From Longimicrobiales bacterium (lineage in GTDB: Bacteria; Gemmatimonadota; Gemmatimonadetes; Longimicrobiales; Gaopeijiaceae), in contig OZ241892.1 of assembly GCA_965203485.1 (NCBI GenBank), positions 1,600,001 to 1,664,000 of the forward strand: a DNA stretch of 64,000 nt. The letters are read 5' to 3'. The notes under the pieces are model-generated. The model made no database searches, was not told the origin of the DNA, and saw only the letters and a list, made by a program, of their open reading frames with translations. Made by a program: the position numbers and the translations under genes. Of the stretch, positions 60,710 to 64,000 are shown piece by piece (position 1 is the stretch's first letter; every line of letters begins with the position of its first letter).

Positions 60710-61843
60710 CTACCAGCTCAGCCCCACGATCATCCACCAGCTCAGGTACAAGATCGGGCTGGAGTCGTGTCCGAATGCGGCAGATCCCAGGAAGTCGTCC
60801 CGGCCCCAATCGGTCTCATGGGCCTCGACGTGGAAAACAGCCCCCTGTGGCTTGGGGGACACTGGAAGCAGTTGGAACATCGCTCCCCGCCAGTTCCTCG
60901 GGCTATACCATCTGCGCTCTCGGATGCCGGTGCGCCTCATCTTCCCTTGCACCCGATTGCCGTCGTGATTCGTGTACCAGACGACGATTTCGACCTCTTC
61001 GGACCCCCACTCGGTCGAATGGCGCAGCAGAAACTTGTCGAGCAGTGTTGGAGAGTACGCGACCGACGGGTCCACAGAGGTCCGATGCCGCCCCACTTCC
61101 GTGTCGGCAGACGTGGACGGCCCGCCCATCGCTTGCCCAAGCGCAACTTTCAGCGCTTCGTCCGAGTCGTACAGCCCGTAGTCCACCGACACCGGCGGCT
61201 TGCCCTCCTCCTCGTAGGTCCACACGACCGCGTGCTCGCCGTCGCCAGGGTCCTGAATCACCGGGCCCGGACCCTCCGGCTGGCGGCCGATCCGCGTGCC
61301 CCAGCTCTCCTGCGGCCGGATCAGGAAGAAGGCGTCGTAGCCCTCGAGCGCCTCCACCGTCCCGGCCTTCCGCTTGCCGCCGCCGGGCTCGTGCACGACG
61401 AATCCCAGCGCGTCCGAGTCCCACGCGCCAGCGACGCCGACGTCGGCGGAGCCGCGCCAGTTGAGCCGGTGCTCGCGCAGAGGAACGGCGATGACCACTT
61501 CAGCCACCTGCCGGAGCCTGTCCACGCGCGCCAGCAACTCGCCGCCGCCGCCGCCGAACGCCTGCGAGGCTCCGGCCAGCAAGCCGGCGCCCTCGGGGCT
61601 GCGCAGGTAGTCGGCCAGGATCAGCCGGTGCTCGACGGCGCGCGACGCGCGCATCGCCGCCAGGATGCTCCGGCGGGCGGCGGGCTCGGCCAGCCCCTTC
61701 GAGACGGCCTGGGCCAGCTCGGGGAGGTCGGCGTCCGCCAGCGTGGGCTCGGCCGGGTCGTACGGAGCGACGGGGCGCGCGGCCTCGTCGCAGGCCGCCG
61801 CCAGCACGGCGGCCGCGAGAATGCTCAGCTTCGCGTACTTCAT
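60710..61843 (-). CDS. Uncharacterised lipoprotein (loosely DUF3103-like)
   Basis: MKYAKLSILAAAVLAAAC lipobox, AAGGAG RBS; first gene of the TonB receptor unit. Confidence 0.75.
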   Translation of the reverse strand: MKYAKLSILAAAVLAAACDEAARPVAPYDPAEPTLADADLPELAQAVSKGLAEPAARRSILAAMRASRAVEHRLILADYLRSPEGAGLLAGASQAFGGGGGELLARVDRLRQVAEVVIAVPLREHRLNWRGSADVGVAGAWDSDALGFVVHEPGGGKRKAGTVEALEGYDAFFLIRPQESWGTRIGRQPEGPGPVIQDPGDGEHAVVWTYEEEGKPPVSVDYGLYDSDEALKVALGQAMGGPSTSADTEVGRHRTSVDPSVAYSPTLLDKFLLRHSTEWGSEEVEIVVWYTNHDGNRVQGKMRRTGIRERRWYSPRNWRGAMFQLLPVSPKPQGAVFHVEAHETDWGRDDFLGSAAFGHDSSPILYLSWWMIVGLSW

Positions 61844-62231
61844 GTTGCTGCTCTCCTTGGATTGATCGATGGATTGCCGCACGGGCGGAGCCGAGAGATT
61901 CCCCGGCGCAATCTCCGCCCGTACCCCCTGCTACACCAGAGCCCGCGAGAAAGTTCCCGCGCGGCCCGCGCGCCGGTGCTCTGGAGGCGCCGATCCCCGC
62001 GGAAGGAGCCGCGCATCGCAGCGGGCGGGCGGCCCCCACGGCGTGCAACCAACTCCGCGCACGACCACGGGATGACGAAGCCGGCCAACTTCTGGGGCGA
62101 GAGGCCGAACCCGACGCATCGTCGTGGACGGCGCGGACGACATCCGCGCGCACCCGGCCGCTTCCCGCGCGGGTCGCGGCGCCGCGCCACCGGGGCGAGG
62201 CGCCGCCCGCCCGCTCAACGCCTCGGGGCGC

Positions 62232-64000
62232 CTACCGCCGTAGTTGCAGGAAGCCCCCGCGCGTCTCCAGGACGCCATCGGCCTTCAGTTCGTCCAGCGC
62301 TTGGCGGAGACCTGCCTGCACCTTCGCGCCCGCCCGCTTGAAGCCGAACAGCCGCGCCGCCTCGCGCACGACGTCGCCGTCCTCGATGCCGCGGCTCGCC
62401 CGCACCGCGTGCAGCAGGGCCTCGCGGATCTCCTCCGGCGCGATGTTGCCGACTTGGCGCAGCGAACCGGGCACCGTCTCGCCGTCGCGACGGCGCACGG
62501 CCACGTCGCCGTGATCCGGACGCCACAGATAGCCGTTGCGCTCCACGAACTGTCCCCTCCGCGCGCCCAAGCGAGCGGCGTTGCGTGCCCACTCCATGAT
62601 TCGAGAGCCTGTGCGTCTCGCCCCTGCCGCTCTGGCGAGCCGGGCGGCCGCCTCCTCCAGGCGAACCGGACTCTCGACGGCAACGACCTGCGCAAGCCAT
62701 TCGGCTCCCTGCGGCCACGGGCGCTCGTGCAGCTCCCCCAGGGCGAGACGCACGTCCGGCTCCGCCACGCGATACGGGACGGACGGATCCGCAACCTCGT
62801 GGATCCGCACGGGAGGCCCTCGGCGCAGGCCCTTGCGCTGCTCGCGCTCGACCCCGCTGGAAGGAGCCCCGCGCTGCGAATCGGGCGGCGCCGACTCGAC
62901 GGCCTTCGCGCGACTGCCCGCTCCACGGCGGCTCCCTGCTCCGCCACCGGACACTGCCTGCGCAGACCGGTCCGCCTCCCCGAGCCCGCGCTCCGCCGCT
63001 CGGTCCCGGCCGGCCGACAGGCGCTCCGTCGGCGGCGGCCCGTGTCGCGGAGCATCCGATCCGCCGGCCGCCTCTCCCGGACGCGACGAGGCTGGTGGCC
63101 GGCCAGCCGCCGTGTCCTCTCCACGCACCGTGCCAGCCGTCCGCCGCCTGGAGGCCGCCTGCTCGGCCACGCGTATGATCGCCTCCTCGGCGCGGTCCGT
63201 CTCGCGCTCCGGGCGCATGAACCAATCGGTGCTCCAAATGCGGTGAATCGTCCAGCCCAGGCCCTCGAGGACTTGCTGGCGAAGGCGGTCGCGGTCCCTG
63301 GCCGAGCGCGCGCTGTGGTAGGTCGCGCCGTCGCATTCGATGCCCAGCAGATAGCGTCCGGGGCGGGCCGGATCGACGACCGCCAGGTCCACGAAGAATC
63401 CGGCCGAGCCGATCTGGTGCTCGACTTGGTGGCCGCGCGCGCGCAACGCCGACGCCACGGCCTCTTCGAACGGAGAGTCCGCTTCCCGGCCCGTTGCGGT
63501 CGGCACGTCCAGCTGTCCAGTGCGGGCGTAGTACAGGAACTTCTTGAGGGCCTGCACGCCTCGCGACGAGGTTCGGCGCAAGTCCAAGTGGTCGGCGTCG
63601 AAGTTGGCGTGGACGACGCACCTCCGCCGCGCGCGCGTGATCAGCACGTTCAGGCGCCGCTCGCCTCCGTCGTTGTTGAGCGGGCCGAAGTTCATGGACA
63701 TGCGTCCGTCCTCCGTCCGGCCGTACCCGACGCTGATCAGGATCACGTCGCGCTCGTCGCCCTGCACGTTCTCCAGGTTCTTGACGAAGAACGGCTCCTC
63801 GGGATGCTCCGAGAAGAACGCTTCGGCGGACGGGTCGCCGCGGCGCAGAATCTCCAGTTCGTCCTCGATGCACCGCGCCTGCGCCACGCTGAACGCCGCG
63901 ACGCCCAGCGTCTGGCCGGGCTCGTCCCTGGCGTGCCGCATGGCGGCGCGCGCCACGGCCTTCGCCTCGCCCCGGTTCACGCGTCCTCCCGCGCCTCCCT
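62232..64000 (-). CDS. C-terminal part of an SF1 helicase / Vsr-like nuclease / DUF3320 protein (Hhe-like), 5' end outside the window
   Basis: KNLENVQGDERD, RRLNVLITRAR (AAA_12-like); DSPFEE..VDLAV..GIECDGATYH..RDRDRLRQ..GW..RIWSTDW (DUF559/Vsr-like); VVAVESPV (DUF3320-like). Confidence 0.88.
   Translation of the reverse strand, partial: GGAGGRVNRGEAKAVARAAMRHARDEPGQTLGVAAFSVAQARCIEDELEILRRGDPSAEAFFSEHPEEPFFVKNLENVQGDERDVILISVGYGRTEDGRMSMNFGPLNNDGGERRLNVLITRARRRCVVHANFDADHLDLRRTSSRGVQALKKFLYYARTGQLDVPTATGREADSPFEEAVASALRARGHQVEHQIGSAGFFVDLAVVDPARPGRYLLGIECDGATYHSARSARDRDRLRQQVLEGLGWTIHRIWSTDWFMRPERETDRAEEAIIRVAEQAASRRRTAGTVRGEDTAAGRPPASSRPGEAAGGSDAPRHGPPPTERLSAGRDRAAERGLGEADRSAQAVSGGGAGSRRGAGSRAKAVESAPPDSQRGAPSSGVEREQRKGLRRGPPVRIHEVADPSVPYRVAEPDVRLALGELHERPWPQGAEWLAQVVAVESPVRLEEAAARLARAAGARRTGSRIMEWARNAARLGARRGQFVERNGYLWRPDHGDVAVRRRDGETVPGSLRQVGNIAPEEIREALLHAVRASRGIEDGDVVREAARLFGFKRAGAKVQAGLRQALDELKADGVLETRGGFLQLRR

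Overview
Very GC-rich bacterial chromosomal segment. Gene order, the archaeal-type ProRS, a TonB receptor and many lipoproteins fit a Gemmatimonadota-like diderm; this is an inference, not a classification. Most genes are on the minus strand. 31.4-57.3 kb is a housekeeping block: nusA-infB-DUF503-rbfA-truB-ribF-rpsO-pnp-M16 peptidase-ald/dut-mreBCD-mrdA-rodA-accD-folC-hisS-proS-lysA-guaA. The left part holds an FAH-family hydrolase, an unusual DinG-like helicase, a coupled DUF4159/DUF4175/TPR operon, a GT-C glycosyltransferase with an IS-interrupted pseudogene paralog, rsmI, trxA, mce, clpB, a double-domain ABC substrate-binding lipoprotein, an OPT transporter and two arylsulfotransferase-like genes plus a fragment. 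The right end holds a lipoprotein/TonB receptor/DUF4249-like trio and the 3' part of an Hhe-like helicase-nuclease. Most notable: (1) four phased palindromes plus a candidate sigma-54 promoter upstream of clpB, matching none of CIRCE, CtsR or HAIR; (2) a DinG with two DUF1707-like repeats and a PcrA/UvrD-type Tudor domain in frame behind a single TAG; (3) an in-frame Ald-dUTPase fusion; (4) three ~60-nt-period hairpin repeats upstream of trxA; (5) no rimP, but a terminator-like leader and a 20-codon mini-ORF in its place. No rRNA, tRNA or cas genes were recognised. All family calls come from visual motif recognition; no searches were run.
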